From Octopus bimaculoides (taxonomy: Eukaryota): DNA of 64,000 nucleotides. Numbering within the stretch: the first letter of the stretch is position 1; each line of letters starts with the position of its first letter. Under the pieces are notes generated by a model. That model saw nothing but the letters and a program-made list of their open reading frames with translations. It was not told where the DNA came from and ran no database searches. Made by a program: the position numbers and the translations under genes. Shown piece by piece: positions 40,621-54,329 of the stretch. The stretch lies in contig NC_068993.1 in NCBI RefSeq assembly GCF_001194135.2, positions 12,021,260 through 12,085,259 of the forward strand. Reading direction: 5' to 3'.

Positions 40621-43029
40621 AGTAATTTAGAAATTTGTTGGACATATCTTACATATATCACAGTGTCATTTGTAACACAAATGCAATATTCACAAATTAT
40701 GATAATAAACACACTACTATTAGTTGCTATTTCCAATTCGCAATTTGTTTTTACTACAGAAGGAATTTGCAAGAAAGTTTGATAAGTTTATATTGTCACA
40801 AACAGTGAATCAGTGAATATTCTAACGTTTCGCTCTCTTAACCTTCGCCTAAGTGTGGCAATGTCATAGAATGTTTAGTCACAAGATTGCGAGAGATAGA
40901 GATGAATTGGGAAAAGAAGTGAGATGGTGAATGAGAAAGCATGTGTGGAAGACGGATGGAGCAAGTGATATACGGGTTGATAGATAACAGGGTGTAACAA
41001 ACGAGGAGGACTAATTGCAGGGAGGCAATGAACGCTAATGTTTATATCAGGATCGAGATCAAGGATAATTGCAAGCAGGGGTAAGTGGCAGGTCAAGCGA
41101 AAATTGCGAACAGTAGTAGAGACAACAGATATGCAAAGAAACCATTACTCTCTCTCTTCTCTGTCTTTCTCTCTCTGTACCCCCCCCTCTCTCTCTCTCC
41201 CACTCACACATACATAAATACACACAGAAACACATACATATAAACGTATGCCGACATAAACATACACAAACACAGCAATATACACAAAGTAAGTAGCACA
41301 CAGACGAAAGAAGACAACGCGGCAGTATATAAATGCATTTATTGAGTTATGAAACGATCCAATATACATTAAATAGACTTAATATATACTCTACGTATTA
41401 TGTGTATCGAAAATTGTAAAACTCAAAGTTTTAGAAATTCGCTCGGAATGTTAAATGATATACGTCTGGCCTCTATACATCATGTAGTAACCTCGGAGCC
41501 AATTCAGATAAACGATAAGGTTATGGAATAGCGAAATACATGAGACAATGCAGTTTCATCTGTGTAATGTGTATTTACTCAAGGCCATGAGATCTCATAG
41601 AGAGCTTGTGCGTGTGTATATGTGTGTGTGTGCGTGTGTATATGTGTGTGTGTACGTGCGTGTGTGCGTGCGTATCTGCGTGCGTGTGTGCGTTTCTGTG
41701 TTCATGTTCATATATATATGGTCGCAGGTGTGTTTCAGTTCTCGTCTCAGTGGTATACTTTTTTTGATTTTGAGGAAAATATAGTTGAGAGAAATATTAT
41801 AGAAGCCTGTCGAGTATACAAACATACATACATTCAGACACACACACACACACATACACACACACACACGCAGGCACACTTGCACTTACGTGCACACACA
41901 TGTATATGAGGTCGAAGGCTGGTCAATCGTTGTGCTGACGTTGGTGGTTATTCGGCTAGAAATGTCGTCACCTCTTCAGACAATAATCTAATCGTTTTCT
42001 TTAACGGTATATCAAGCATGAACAATTCCCGATTCTTGATATTGTCTCCCTGCCTCGAATGGACCTGATCATACCATTCCGTGATTATAATACGTGCACA
42101 CGTGTCGGAGAAAAATTTAATAAATTGAACGTTTTTTCTGTACAGTATTTTGATATTTTCGTATTTGTCTACGTTGTTGAGATGCATGCCATGGGTCATT
42201 ATAAGTTATTTCTCATTTGTGTGTGTATGTGTATAAATATTTATATGCATGTGTGTATGTGTATATACATGTATATANNNNNNNNNNNNNNNNNNNNNNN
42301 NNNNNNNNNNNNNNNNNNNNNNNNNNNNNNNNNNNNNNNNNNNNNNNNNNNNNNNNNNNNNNNNNNNNNNNNNNNNNNNNNNNNNNNNNNNNNNNNNNNN
42401 NNNNNNNNNNNNNNNNNNNNNNNNNNNNNNNNNNNNNNNNNNNNNNNNNNNNNNNNNNNNNNNNNNNNNNNNNNNNNNNNNNNNNNNNNNNNNNNNNNNN
42501 NNNNNNNNNNNNNNNNNNNNNNNNNNNNNNNNNNNNNNNNNNNNNNNNNNNNNNNNNNNNNNNNNNNNNNNNNNNNNNNNNNNNNNNNNNNNNNNNNNNN
42601 NNNNNNNNNNNNNNNNNNNNNNNNNNNNNNNNNNNNNNNNNNNNNNNNNNNNNNNNNNNNNNNNNNNNNNNNNNNNNNNNNNNNNNNNNNNNNNNNNNNN
42701 NNNNNNNNNNNNNNNNNNNNNNNNNNNNNNNNNNNNNNNNNNNNNNNNNNNNNNNNNNNNNNNNNNNNNNNNNNNNNNNNNNNNNNNNNNNNNNNNNNNN
42801 NNNNNNNNNNNNNNNNNNNNNNNNNNNNNNNNNNNNNNNNNNNNNNNNNNNNNNNNNNNNNNNNNNNNNNNNNNNNNNNNNNNNNNNNNNNNNNNNNNNN
42901 NNNNNNNNNNNNNNNNNNNNNNNNNNNNNNNNNNNNNNNNNNNNNNNNNNNNNNNNNNNNNNNNNNNNNNNNNNNNNNNNNNNNNNNNNNNNTATATATA
43001 TATATATATATATATGGGAGAATATACAA

Positions 43030-43150
43030 ATAATTACAACAGACGAGGACAGGTGGTGTAAATAACAAAAGTATATATTAGTATGACGCTCGGGAATACG
43101 GAAAGTCTTTGACGTTTCGAGCTACGCTCTTCAACAGAAAGAATACGGAG
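43030..43150 (-). mobile_element. Penelope-like element terminal repeat
   Basis: Contains gaagagcgtagctcgaaacgtc, the typical PLE end signature; second copy at 27280-27420. Confidence 0.6.
43106..43142 (-). ncRNA. Minimal type I hammerhead-ribozyme-like motif with variant core
   Basis: Minus strand TCTTT-CTGTTGA-A-GAGC(GTA)GCTC-GAAAC-GTC-AAAGA: 5-bp helix I, 4-bp helix II, GAAA, palindromic ACGT helix III, GUC site. The core is CUGUUGA instead of CUGANGA. Confidence 0.45.
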
Positions 43151-43259
43151 GCAAGGAGAAAAACACGGAGCCAGATCCAGAAGGAAAGAAGGTAGAATCC
43201 AAAAGTTGGTAGTGTGTGATGAGAGGAGACAGGATTAGCTGGTGCGACCAATGAAGACT

Positions 43260-43355
43260 CATGAAGACTCCTATATGACAACGTTCAAAATTCAGGGCCA
43301 AACACATCATCGGATAGGCTCTATTCTTCTAGTCAAGAACGCTGAACACGGGCAG
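43260..43355 (+). mobile_element. Helitron Rep/helicase N-terminal fragment
   Basis: SYMTTFKIQGQTHHRIGSILL matches the Helitron motif PTFKIQGQxYHRIGSLLP. Confidence 0.7.
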
Positions 43356-45061
43356 ATACAACTGAGCAAACGGCTAGCTGATCTTGGGTGGCACCTGGAA
43401 CAAAATGTAAAACATACCACCAAAGTAACTTAGACCGTCCAAAGGCCGTGTGCATTTGCTAGTATACACACATACATACATATAGGCATTATGTATTTAC
43501 ATGCCGGCGCGCGTGTGGTGTGTGTGCGCGTGCGCGTCTATACCAGACCGAGAATTACATTGAAAGGTAAAATGTTAAAAGGTGGGAGGATATTTTATGT
43601 TTATTAACTGACGTAGGGTTTTCAAATTTGGCAAGTTGATAACGTATATTGATTTGGTGAATGAAATGTGAATGTCTTTAAAATTTCTTTCCACACTTTT
43701 CTGTCTAACAGATTTTCTAAGCAAGGTAGTCTCTTAATGACTCGCTCGCCGTTCGGGCTACAACCATCTTCCAGAAAATCAAGGACTTGAACTCTAAACT
43801 ACTTAGATCTTTGAGAAGCGGTGTGGACCGAGCCTGTTTCTTTTTAGATCAGAACATCGCGCCCAAGTTTACTCCTGTGCCATCAAATCGGAAATAAACA
43901 TAGGTTAATTGGCTTCAGACGCTTTCAGTGGCTTAGATTACAATTTCCCCTTTCGTATAACAAATGCGATATCAAATGCCGAAGTGTCAACTTTACGCAC
44001 ATTTTTCACTACCCAAAGTCCTCCACCAACTTGTGCAATGTATTGTGGCCATAACCTAGTTGATCTACAAGCTCACATTTTCTGACTTATGCGTGCGCGA
44101 ATCAATTCCCTCACTTGCTAGTGATTCCTTTCACTGGTTGCAGTTGATGATGACCTTCGGCAAGGTCTCTCCTTAATTATGGCTTCCCATTCTTAAAAAC
44201 CGATTCATCCATTTTTTTTTTCTGTTTTCTCTTTTCAATTTTGTTTTCCCCTTAAACGATATGTCGGAACATCTGCATTCCTCCTATGTCAGAACTCAAT
44301 CGAGGTTCGTTGTTTTTACTTGAATTCTATTATTTGCCTAAGATGAAAAAACAATAANNNNNNNNNNNNNNNNNNNNNNNNNNNNNNNNNNNNNNNNNNN
44401 NNNNNNNNNNNNNNNNNNNNNNNNNNNNNNNNNNNNNNNNNNNNNNNNNNNNNNNNNNNNNNNNNNNNNNNNNNNNNNNNNNNNNNNNNNNNNNNNNNNN
44501 NNNNNNNNNNNNNNNNNNNNNNNNNNNNNNNNNNNNNNNNNNNNNNNNNNNNNNNNNNNNNNNNNNNNNNNNNNNNNNNNNNNNNNNNNNNNNNNNNNNN
44601 NNNNNNNNNNNNNNNNNNNNNNNNNNNNNNNNNNNNNNNNNNNNNNNNNNNNNNNNNNNNNNNNNNNNNNNNNNNNNNNNNNNNNNNNNNNNNNNNNNNN
44701 NNNNNNNNNNNNNNNNNNNNNNNNNNATATATATATATATGTATATATATATATATGTATATATACGGACTTATATAATCCAGTGGTAATCACAAAAAAC
44801 GTTCCTTTAGTGTCCCCGACTACAATATACTTTGTAAACTAATACATGGAAATGTGATGTAGAGTCCTGTGCAGGTGAAATCCAGTAAATCTAATTGGTG
44901 AAGATTATTTCATGAGGAGCATGAAGACTATAAAAAAAAATTCAAGATGTAGGAATTGGATATTTTTATTTCATCAGCTGATATGTAAAGGATATCAATA
45001 AGGTATCGATCGGTGAAATATACCTATTTATCTTACATCTCCTGACACTTTTATATTATTT

Positions 45062-45143
<82 letters not shown>

Positions 45144-45360
45144 CTCGCACACACACATACACACATACTCATTGCTACTATAAATAAAAAGAAGTTTGAT
45201 TTCCTTGATATTCGAAATCGTTATCAAGCGTTTCCCAATTAGCGGTATAATTCTTAGGTTGACTATAAAGGAGTGACGCAAGAACTGTGAAATCTTGCAT
45301 GCATAAATTTCATACGTTCTTACAACTAACTGTATTATTTTTTCCAAGGTAATCTAATAT

Positions 45361-46411
45361 CTAACAGTTCAAACATTTCAAAAGTAACATCTAACGGTTT
45401 AAGCATTTCAAAAGTAACTGGTAGCGACTTCTCTTGGAAATGGACAAAATTTGGCATCATGCTGTAATGAAGTGCCTGCAGAAAAAGTGTTTATCCCCAA
45501 GGACATTCATTCTTATATGGTGGTCACATTATGGGATGATACTCTCTACAAGCAGCAAATTGTGGGCAGCCTGATTTAGGAGGGGAAAGGCAGTCTTGCA
45601 TATGACCTAAAATCTGGACGTCCTGAAATTGCCACCACCGAGGAAAATGTTGAGGGATGACTGGCGGTTGGCTATAAATCAAACAGCCAATGCTAGTAGC
45701 ATATTCTCTGCGAGAGTTAAGAATATTCTGCGCAATGAATGTGGCACGAGGAAGCTCTCTGCTCGGTGGGTTGTAGGGCTTCTGACATCTGGCCAACGAT
45801 GCACCAAACTGGTCACATCATGGCGAAGTCTGACAGTGTTTGAGGCAGACCCGGATGGTTTCCTTGAATGTGTCCGTACCCCAACCTGAATGTTGTGTTC
45901 ATCACCTTGAGCCACGGACAAAGAGACAATCCATTCAATGGAAAGCCCCTCTGCATCTGCTACAAATTAGAGCAAGTCCGTTTCATCTGCAGGGAAGATG
46001 ATGGCTTCAGTGTTTCAGATGAAAGTGACAGAAGGGGTCGTGTTTCATGAGGTCAATGCTCCAGCACAGATTACATAGAATCTCAGTGTATATTCAATGT
46101 CTGCCGCATGTGACTCTGGTTTGAACTGCTTGATCATTCTCCTGATTTGATCTTGTCTGACAATCATCAGTTCTGTATCATGAACAAAAACCACTTGGCT
46201 GAAAAGCAGTAACTTAGCGACATTGACCTCATAGCAGCTGGGTTTTTTTTCCAATAGGAAGGAGGCTTCTTCACTAATGGGATCCAAGCACTGCCATACC
46301 GATAGAAGAAATGTGTGAATCACAAGTGGGACTTTGGTAAAAAATACATCTTTCATCACGTTCTATGGGAGTATCTTCATCAACCTGTGAACTTTGCTGT
46401 GGAGCCTTGTA
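45361..46411 (+). mobile_element. Near full-span mariner relic
   Basis: ATG at 45440 (MDKIWHHAVMKCLQKK), KSGRPEIATTEENV, ILRNECGTRKLSARWV..LLTSGQR, SAGKMMASVF, NAPAH-like and SPDL-like segments, a KCV...D C-terminus and terminal ccttgTA. A 30-bp tandem duplication lies at 45361-45420. Confidence 0.9.
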
Positions 46412-48179
46412 AAAGATAATAAGTACTCGAACAAAAATTGCGTAATCAATGAATTTGGTAAATTATTTTTATATATAATTTGATGTTGAATCAAGCTCTA
46501 ATATGCATACACACATACACATACAAAGATTTAAGGGTTTACACTGTGTTCTCACATTTTGACTTGAAGTTTCCAAAGTAGAACAGTCTACAGACGCGAT
46601 AAAATTAAGCACCATACATAAATATTTTCGAACTGATATAAGCTGATTCAAATATCTTAGGACTTTGCAGAATTAGTGGAATCAAATTAAGGGTGAGGAC
46701 TATAAATCATTATAATTTAAACTTAGACAAGAATTAATTTACTTTGCTTGGCTCGAAATTATAAGTTAGATATTTTTTTTTTAATATGACTGATATAATG
46801 TGAAAATTAAATGAACTCTTATAAGTTAAATATAGTAAAATGAATAGGTAAAACGTTAATGAATTGAACTTATGGAAGTGCCAATTAGTGTAACTTTTCA
46901 TGGTATAATCAACTGATGATAGGGATTAACAATATGAATGGAAGATTGTATCTCATAATAGGATAAATCCGAGGAGAGAAGTGAAGAATGTGCAATTGCA
47001 TCTGTTAATGTCTTAAGTATTATTACGTTCAATCATGCCACCGTATAATTTCCAGTCTTTCAGCGGATTGTTACTTAAGTGGTGACAATACTGAATAATT
47101 CAGAACTGATATCTAAATACTCTGGGAATAAGAAGGCTTTTCAACTACGTATTATGTCTTACGATTCCTTAGTTTACCCGAGGTGGTGTAGTGAAATTTA
47201 ACGAAATCAAATTCTATAAACTTTGAGTTTAATTCTGATAATTCTTGAACAGATTGTAACTGTACAACTATTATTTCAGTTTTGTATGTTGATTCCTATC
47301 GAAGCTTTATCCTGATAGTGCTTCAGATTTTACTTAACAAATAATCCGGTTTTGCATATAGTCTTGACGTGTGACTAAGCATCACAAATTCGCCTGAGTT
47401 GAAGGGTTCTAATTTGGCTTCAATATGTACGTACTCACACACACACACACACACACGCACACACACACACACACATACACACACACACACACACACACCA
47501 CACACACACACAGATATATATATATATAAATTTATATAATGAGGGTAGAAATTAATAATACTAAATAATATTAATTTAAACCATGGCCAGCATAATTAAA
47601 AACTGTCCGATGGCTATACATTATATTTCTATATNNNNNNNNNNNNNNNNNNNNNNNNNNNNNNNNNNNNNNNNNNNNNNNNNNNNNNNNNNNNNNNNNN
47701 NNNNNNNNNNNNNNNNNNNNNNNNNNNNNNNNNNNNNNNNNNNNNNNNNNNNNNNNNNNNNNNNNNNNNNNNNNNNNNNNNNNNNNNNNNNNNNNNNNNN
47801 NNNNNNNNNNNNNNNNNNNNNNNNNNNNNNNNNNNNNNNNNNNNNNNNNNNNNNNNNNNNNNNNNNNNATATATATAAATATATATATATATATATCGAT
47901 TTTGAGTAACACAGTATTTGAGGCAGTCATTATTATTTTTTATAAATTCCTTAATTCGTCTACATCTTGACGTCTGTTACGAAATACTATTGTTCTACTC
48001 CCCAAAGTTTCTGGGCCACTGTTTTCTCCAAATGGAAAGGCACGTATAAACCTTTAATGTTTTTTTTTTCTTTTACTGATAAACACCACAAGAACTACCA
48101 TCCCCACCTCACACTAACATTAGTCTTGATCATTTCTCTTCCATTTTTGCTTATAATATACATATTATTTTCCCCTTTT

Positions 48180-48595
48180 CTCACAACCGTTTCCTTTTCG
48201 AAATATATAAATGCCGGAGAACACAATATATACATTTATGTATATCATTCTGAATTAAGAATCCAAATTTGCATATCCCTTAAGCAGATAACTCGTATCA
48301 AATGAGTATAGAATAAACTAAAAATAAATATAACTAGATTATGTTTCATCTTTGCTTGTTCATTTTCACTTAAACAGTTATTCTTTCTCATACTTAAGGC
48401 TCTGTTATCTTTTCTTACTCTGATCTATCCACACACCTCCCAATCTCACCTGCAGCACGTCCCTTCTCCAAATGTATAAGCAACGGCATACAAAGCACCG
48501 TACGTATTTTTACAGCAAGCCCTTACACGATATTTCTACTCTATGCTTCTGAATTCAAAATCCAAAGTTGCATATGCATTAAGCTGAAAACTCGC
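48180..48595. repeat. Old direct duplication, about 299 bp period
   Basis: 48248-48295 vs 48547-48594 match at 41/48 nt; weaker similarity upstream (cctt.tc.aaat.tataa). Confidence 0.6.
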
Positions 48596-51500
48596 AACAA
48601 GCCAAACTAATTATTATCACACACCCTTTCTCGGAAGCATAAAATATGTTCCACAACATTAAAAAGTACAAAACTTCAACATGGAAACTATAAGCGAATG
48701 AGAAGTAGTTCAGCAGCATGGCATTTATTCTATTTGATATTTTACATCGTTCCTTCTTACTATATACATATATATATTTATATACTTATTTTTTTTTATG
48801 GATATGCTTTACATAGCGGTAAGTACAGAACATACGAGAAATATTGTTAACAGATACGAATATGATATCACTTAAATAATAAAATTAGAATATCGAATTG
48901 GAAATGACAAGAACATCGAACTAATGTAATTTTCACTGTGCAAATGAAAATAAAGGAAAATAACAAAAAGAAAGACGATGATAGAATTATATGTCAGACT
49001 AACTTAAGTGAAACACCAAGCAGTATGATATTTGGAGTAGTAAATCAAATAATGCACGTTAACAACGTAAGAGCTTTCTGTCAATTACTAATTGGTGATA
49101 TATATGTATGTATGAATGTATGTATGTATGTATGTATGTATGTATGTATGTATGTATGTATATGTATGTATGAAGTTTGTATGCATGTATGTTTGTACGT
49201 ATGTATATATACATATANNNNNNNNNNNNNNNNNNNNNNNNNNNNNNNNNNNNNNNNNNNNNNNNNNNNNNNNNNNNNNNNNNNNNNNNNNNNNNNNNNN
49301 NNNNNNNNNNNNNNNNNNNNNNNNNNNNNNNNNNNNNNNNNNNNNNNNNNNNNNNNNNNNNNNNNNNNNNNNNNNNNNNNNNNNNNNNNNNNNNNNNNNN
49401 NNNNNNNNNNNNNNNNNNNNNNNNNNNNNNNNNNNNNNNNNNNNNNNNNNNNNNNNNNNNNNNNNNNNNNNNNNNNNNNNNNNNNNNNNNNNNNNNNNNN
49501 NNNNNNNNNNNNNNNNNNNNNNNNNNNNNNNNNNNNNNNNNNNNNNNNNNNNNNNNNNNNNNNNNNNNNNNNNNNNNNNNNNNNNNNNNNNNNNNNNNNN
49601 NNNNNNNNNNNNNNNNNNNNNNNNNNNNNNNNNNNNNNNNNNNNNNNNNNNNNNNNNNNNNNNNNNNNNNNNNNNNNNNNNNNNNNNNNNNNNNNNNNNN
49701 NNNNNNNNNNNNNNNNNNNNNNNNNNNNNNNNNNNNNNNNNNNNNNNNNNNNNNNNNNNNNNNNNNNNNNNNNNNNNNNNNNNNNNNNNNNNNNNNNNNN
49801 NNNNNNNNNNNNNNNNNNNNNNNNNNNNNNNNNNNNNNNNNNNNNNNNNNNNNNNNNNNNNNNNNNNNNNNNNNNNNNNNNNNNNNNNNNNNNNNNNNNN
49901 NNNNNNNNNNNNNNNNNNNNNNNNNNNNNNNNNNNNNNNNNNNNNNNNNNNNNNNNNNNNNNNNNNNNNNNNNNNNNNNNNNNNNNNNNNNNTATATATA
50001 TATATATATTAGGTCAAAGTGAACATATATAAAAATACGTAATCTCATGCTGATCGTAGCGATATCTGAACAAATCCTAAATTAGAAATTTAGTTTGAAA
50101 AATAAGGTCAGTTTTAACTTTCTAAACACCTCATCTAAACACGCTCCTTAAAGCAGGTGAATATGTTTTACAGGCTCACACGTCAAGTAATATATTTCCA
50201 TCAAGCAGACGCCATATCTTCTTAAGCAGTAAATGCAGGTATTGTACACTCATACGATCATAATATGCATTAATAAGTATTAACCAGACTTCGCTCCGTT
50301 GATGAGGCCAAATAATAATGAAACTGATTCTAAATTGTCACCCTTGATAATGAAGCGCCTAGTGGTTTTCCACTATTTGATCCGGTTTATATATTCAGTT
50401 ATTTGAATTTCATAGCTATCTTCCATGATCTTAACAGGAATAATCTCATATTACTGTTTATTAAGAGTGTAATTAGAACTGATAAAATATCTGTTTTGAA
50501 CTTCATTACATCAATTGTACATCACTTTATGAAGAGGCATTATGAAGGTACCATGGATTCTCTTCTTATATCACAAACACAAAATCAATACATATTTGAA
50601 AAATTAAACTTCCGAAATTCCCCATCATTTCTGATGCAATTGTAACATTCATGTTAGCGGTAATATTAGTAACGACTTTCCGTTTACTCGATACTTATCA
50701 CATATCCTAAGAAGTATCAACGCCTTCCTGTTCAAGACGAAGCTTACTGGAACTGTGTTTACTCCGATAATAAAATAGTATATTATACGTAGAATTTTGT
50801 GTTTTAACTATAAATAAACATAAAGCAAGATCATTTGTGTTTCAAAACAACAGTAGGGTATAATACTTTCAACATATGTTGCCGTTTCTTTAATGAATAG
50901 TAATACGTGTAATTTCTTAAATAAGTCCCACAGATTCAAATTGTATAGCATTACGTAAATGAAGTAAGTTAATCTTCCACCTTCTTTAAAGAGTGTATGG
51001 AATATAAATCATTTTGAAATTAATATGGCTCCAAACGGAAACCAATTTGGAAATTTAGTTTACTTAGATTTAATCCTAAGTAAACGACAAAGATGAGGCA
51101 TATGCAAATATATTCATGAAGTTTGAGCAGGTGTGAATGATTTTTTTGTAAGCTACACATTCCTCTAGATAATTAACATTCACAGAGAAACAATCTCAAG
51201 TAAAATTTGAGATTAACTTGGGGATTATTGAAAATTAGTCACAACTCTCGAGAGACTTAGTTACTTAAAACAGAACACATCTTCCATAGATAGAAGATTA
51301 TGGCGAATAAACAACGATGATCTTTTATGGGATCTCCATAGTTCAAACGAACTTAGGGTGTACAATATATTACGAAGGGTAAATCAGAGATGAAGGACAA
51401 CTGTGAAAATCGCAAACCAGTGTGTCATTCGCGTTTACTATAGCAATGCCTGAGCCAGCATTGAAAATATCAGGCTATTATATAGCTATAATTAAACTAT

Positions 51501-52884
51501 ATTTGTAACCAACATTATGCTTCAATTCCAATTCTTCAATATAAAATTTCATAGCAGGGCAGTGAGTTGATGACCACAAAAATACAACCGCAAGATTGTG
51601 GCGAAGTACGTAACATTTGCTAAGTAATAAAACCGCACCGGCTGAAGTAAAAATAAAAAAAATAATAATTGAGGCTTCAACCATATTTCTTTCTATCTTC
51701 ATCACAATAATTAGTTTAATTGTATGCTTCACATCCTTAGTTGCTCTCACGTGAAAGCTTGCAAAATCTTGTTCAGTCATTGTAATTTACGACGGACAAA
51801 AATTTACTCTCGTTCTACAAATATTTCGAATGTAATATGTATTCTAATGTGACGTTCTGACCATACTTGTAAATATTTCTACAGTGGATATACTGATCTT
51901 TCTTTTATAATAATCCAGTGTATATGCGCTATATTTTTAAGCTAGCAGCCATCATAAATTCAAGCCATTGTTTCATATTCGACTATCTTAAGATCTTACT
52001 CTATCAACACTACAGTGAAGCATTTCCATCTGATATAAGTATAGAATTTCTTCAAAGGAAATGTTCATGCCTTATATACGAATGTGTGAGAACTTGCCTT
52101 CTAAGCGAAAAACGTCAATGATGGTTTTGCTTCTCTTGTTCTACACAGTGAGTGTAACAAATACCTGGCTATGGAAGAAATGTATCACACAATGATGTGC
52201 AAAGAACTAAAATAGAATCAAAGACGATAACCATACCAACCTTGAACAGAATGACAGCAGTGGAACCTTAATTCTTATAAGAAACTCAACCTTGCACGAT
52301 GTATCTTTTTAGTACCAACATATGAGAACTTAATATGGTACTATACATTATACACAATCCATTGATATTAACACTCGTGAACATCCTGATATTAAGTGGT
52401 ATCGATATGTTCTATTGCAAGAAAAAGGCCACAATTAGTCTTCGGGTATGAAAGTGCAGGCATTAGATATTCTCTGCAGAGCAACGAGAGCGAAAATAGG
52501 TACTTCTACAATATCTTAAAAAGTAAGAAATGCAACAAAGCAGCATCTCTAGATATTATATTTCGCCTCCATATGTCATGTCGCAAAGAAAACACCTGAG
52601 ATTTTAGTTTGTGGGTTCTTATATCTTAATGATGAAGATATACACGAGCAGACAAGAAGGCAATATCATACTTCTGTATTGGAAGAAATTGAGTGGATCT
52701 TTTATATCCATTCACATACGAGCTATTACAAGATCTGTGGTATGCCAGCGTCTGTCAAATTTTCAACGTCAAGTACGATATAACACTCCAGACCATGTTA
52801 CTACATCACGTGGAAGCCCAGGCGATCATACCACGATATACTGCAAGAGAATTTTTCAGAGACATTAGCATATATGTATATATA

Positions 52885-53115
52885 TGACCATCTCGCATGC
52901 ATGGCCCACGCTACTAATAGTTTTCACGCACATGGAACTTATGTACGTTCTTCAGGCGGTAGACATACCGTAGGATTTCAGCAGTTTAAATACTGGACCG
53001 AATTTTAAAACGAGGAAAAAGAAACCAAACACATGAGTTCTATGTGCGTGAAACGTACACGGGTTCCCTGTGCGTGAAGCTCTTAGTAGCCTCGGCCATA
53101 CATGTGAGGTGGTCA
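52885..53115. mobile_element. 231-bp MITE with long imperfect TIRs and TA target-site duplication
   Basis: 52885-52906 vs reverse complement of 53094-53115 match 19/22; 52922-52944 vs 53031-53053 match 21/23; TA lies at 52883-84 and 53116-17. Confidence 0.8.
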
Positions 53116-53170
53116 TAAAAGACAACATTTTCTCTCGTTAGATGGAGTATTCTTTTTGTTGAACCTGGAT

Positions 53171-53181
53171 TTATTATTATT

Positions 53182-53254
<73 letters not shown>
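53171..53254. repeat. (TTA)n microsatellite
   Basis: Seen directly. Confidence 0.95.
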
Positions 53255-53255
<1 letters not shown>

Positions 53256-54297
53256 ATTCCTTGAGGCACTGGCATTGAGGAATTTTGATCTTAACGCATT
53301 GGAAGTGTAGCAGGATGGGCTACTAAATCTGAAGAAAATTCTAACCGGGCCCCACCTGCAAGGCCGTGCGCTGTTTATCTTGATATGAAGTTACCACTAC
53401 ACGCAGATAAGGTTGCGATGCATGTACAGTTGTACCCTCGTTAACACAAGTGGGTATGATGGGTATATTGGGCTTCGTATATTATATTTGTTCCCCAATG
53501 TCAGTTTGATGGCATGCATTGCTCTCTCATTCAATAATAATAATAATGATAATAATAATAATATTAATAATAACCTGTTGCACAGAAAGATTATAAATTA
53601 CTAACCTTTTTTCTTTTTATATTTTAAAATCCAGTCATTCCATGTGATACAATATTATGCTTAGGGGCAGCTCTTCATCTAATGTTCCGAGAATAATTAT
53701 AAAATTCAATTTTTCTGTTGCGAAAAAACTTTATTCTTGATATTTCTCGCTTTTTTTTTTATGTCCTTGATTTTATTTTAATTCAGCCTATATACAATTT
53801 TTTCTTCTTCATCGTCTGCAATATTTTTTTTTTTACTAATTGCAATCTCATGTATAATGCTATTCCGTTTATCAGGTTCACTTATAACCTTTTCTGGCGT
53901 ATCATTGTATGACCTGTCTGAAGAGTCGTTTTCATGCTATATTTCTGTTTAATATATTACAACTGAGCAGCGTAAAAGGCGACAAATGATTTCTTACCGC
54001 CGGTTATATTTCTTTTGCGCAAAAAAATACTTCCAGCTAGCTTCAGAATGATTTCACTTTTTCTTCGCCGATCAAATATGCAACGCTTATTCGCTGAAAT
54101 AATGAAATAAATGTTCTTCACTATTTAGAAATTCGTCTTTTGCAACCTCTAACAAATCTTACTCTTCTTTTTTCAAATCCTCATCCGGGGTTATTCCTAC
54201 AGTGAGTCAGATATTCCTATTTTATAAATCATCTCTGGCTAATCATTTAGTGGACCTTAATGTTGCCTTGGTGGACCTTGGCGCTCTCTGAGTGCTC

Positions 54298-54329
<32 letters not shown>

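Noticed and set aside
40416-40772. 118-aa minus ORF that looks protein-like
   Set aside because: Better explained as part of the adjacent RTE relic.
40820-40860. Second hammerhead-like remnant (minus strand gcgaaacgttaga)
   Set aside because: No CUGANGA-like core and no helix I pairing remain.
43690-43900. Open + frame of about 55 codons, or minus-strand STPLLKDL (L2/Crack-like)
   Set aside because: Ambiguous; neither reading is strong enough to call.
52555-52887. Two overlapping open + frames of 64-76 codons
   Set aside because: No recognisable domain or donor; possibly decayed LINE sequence.
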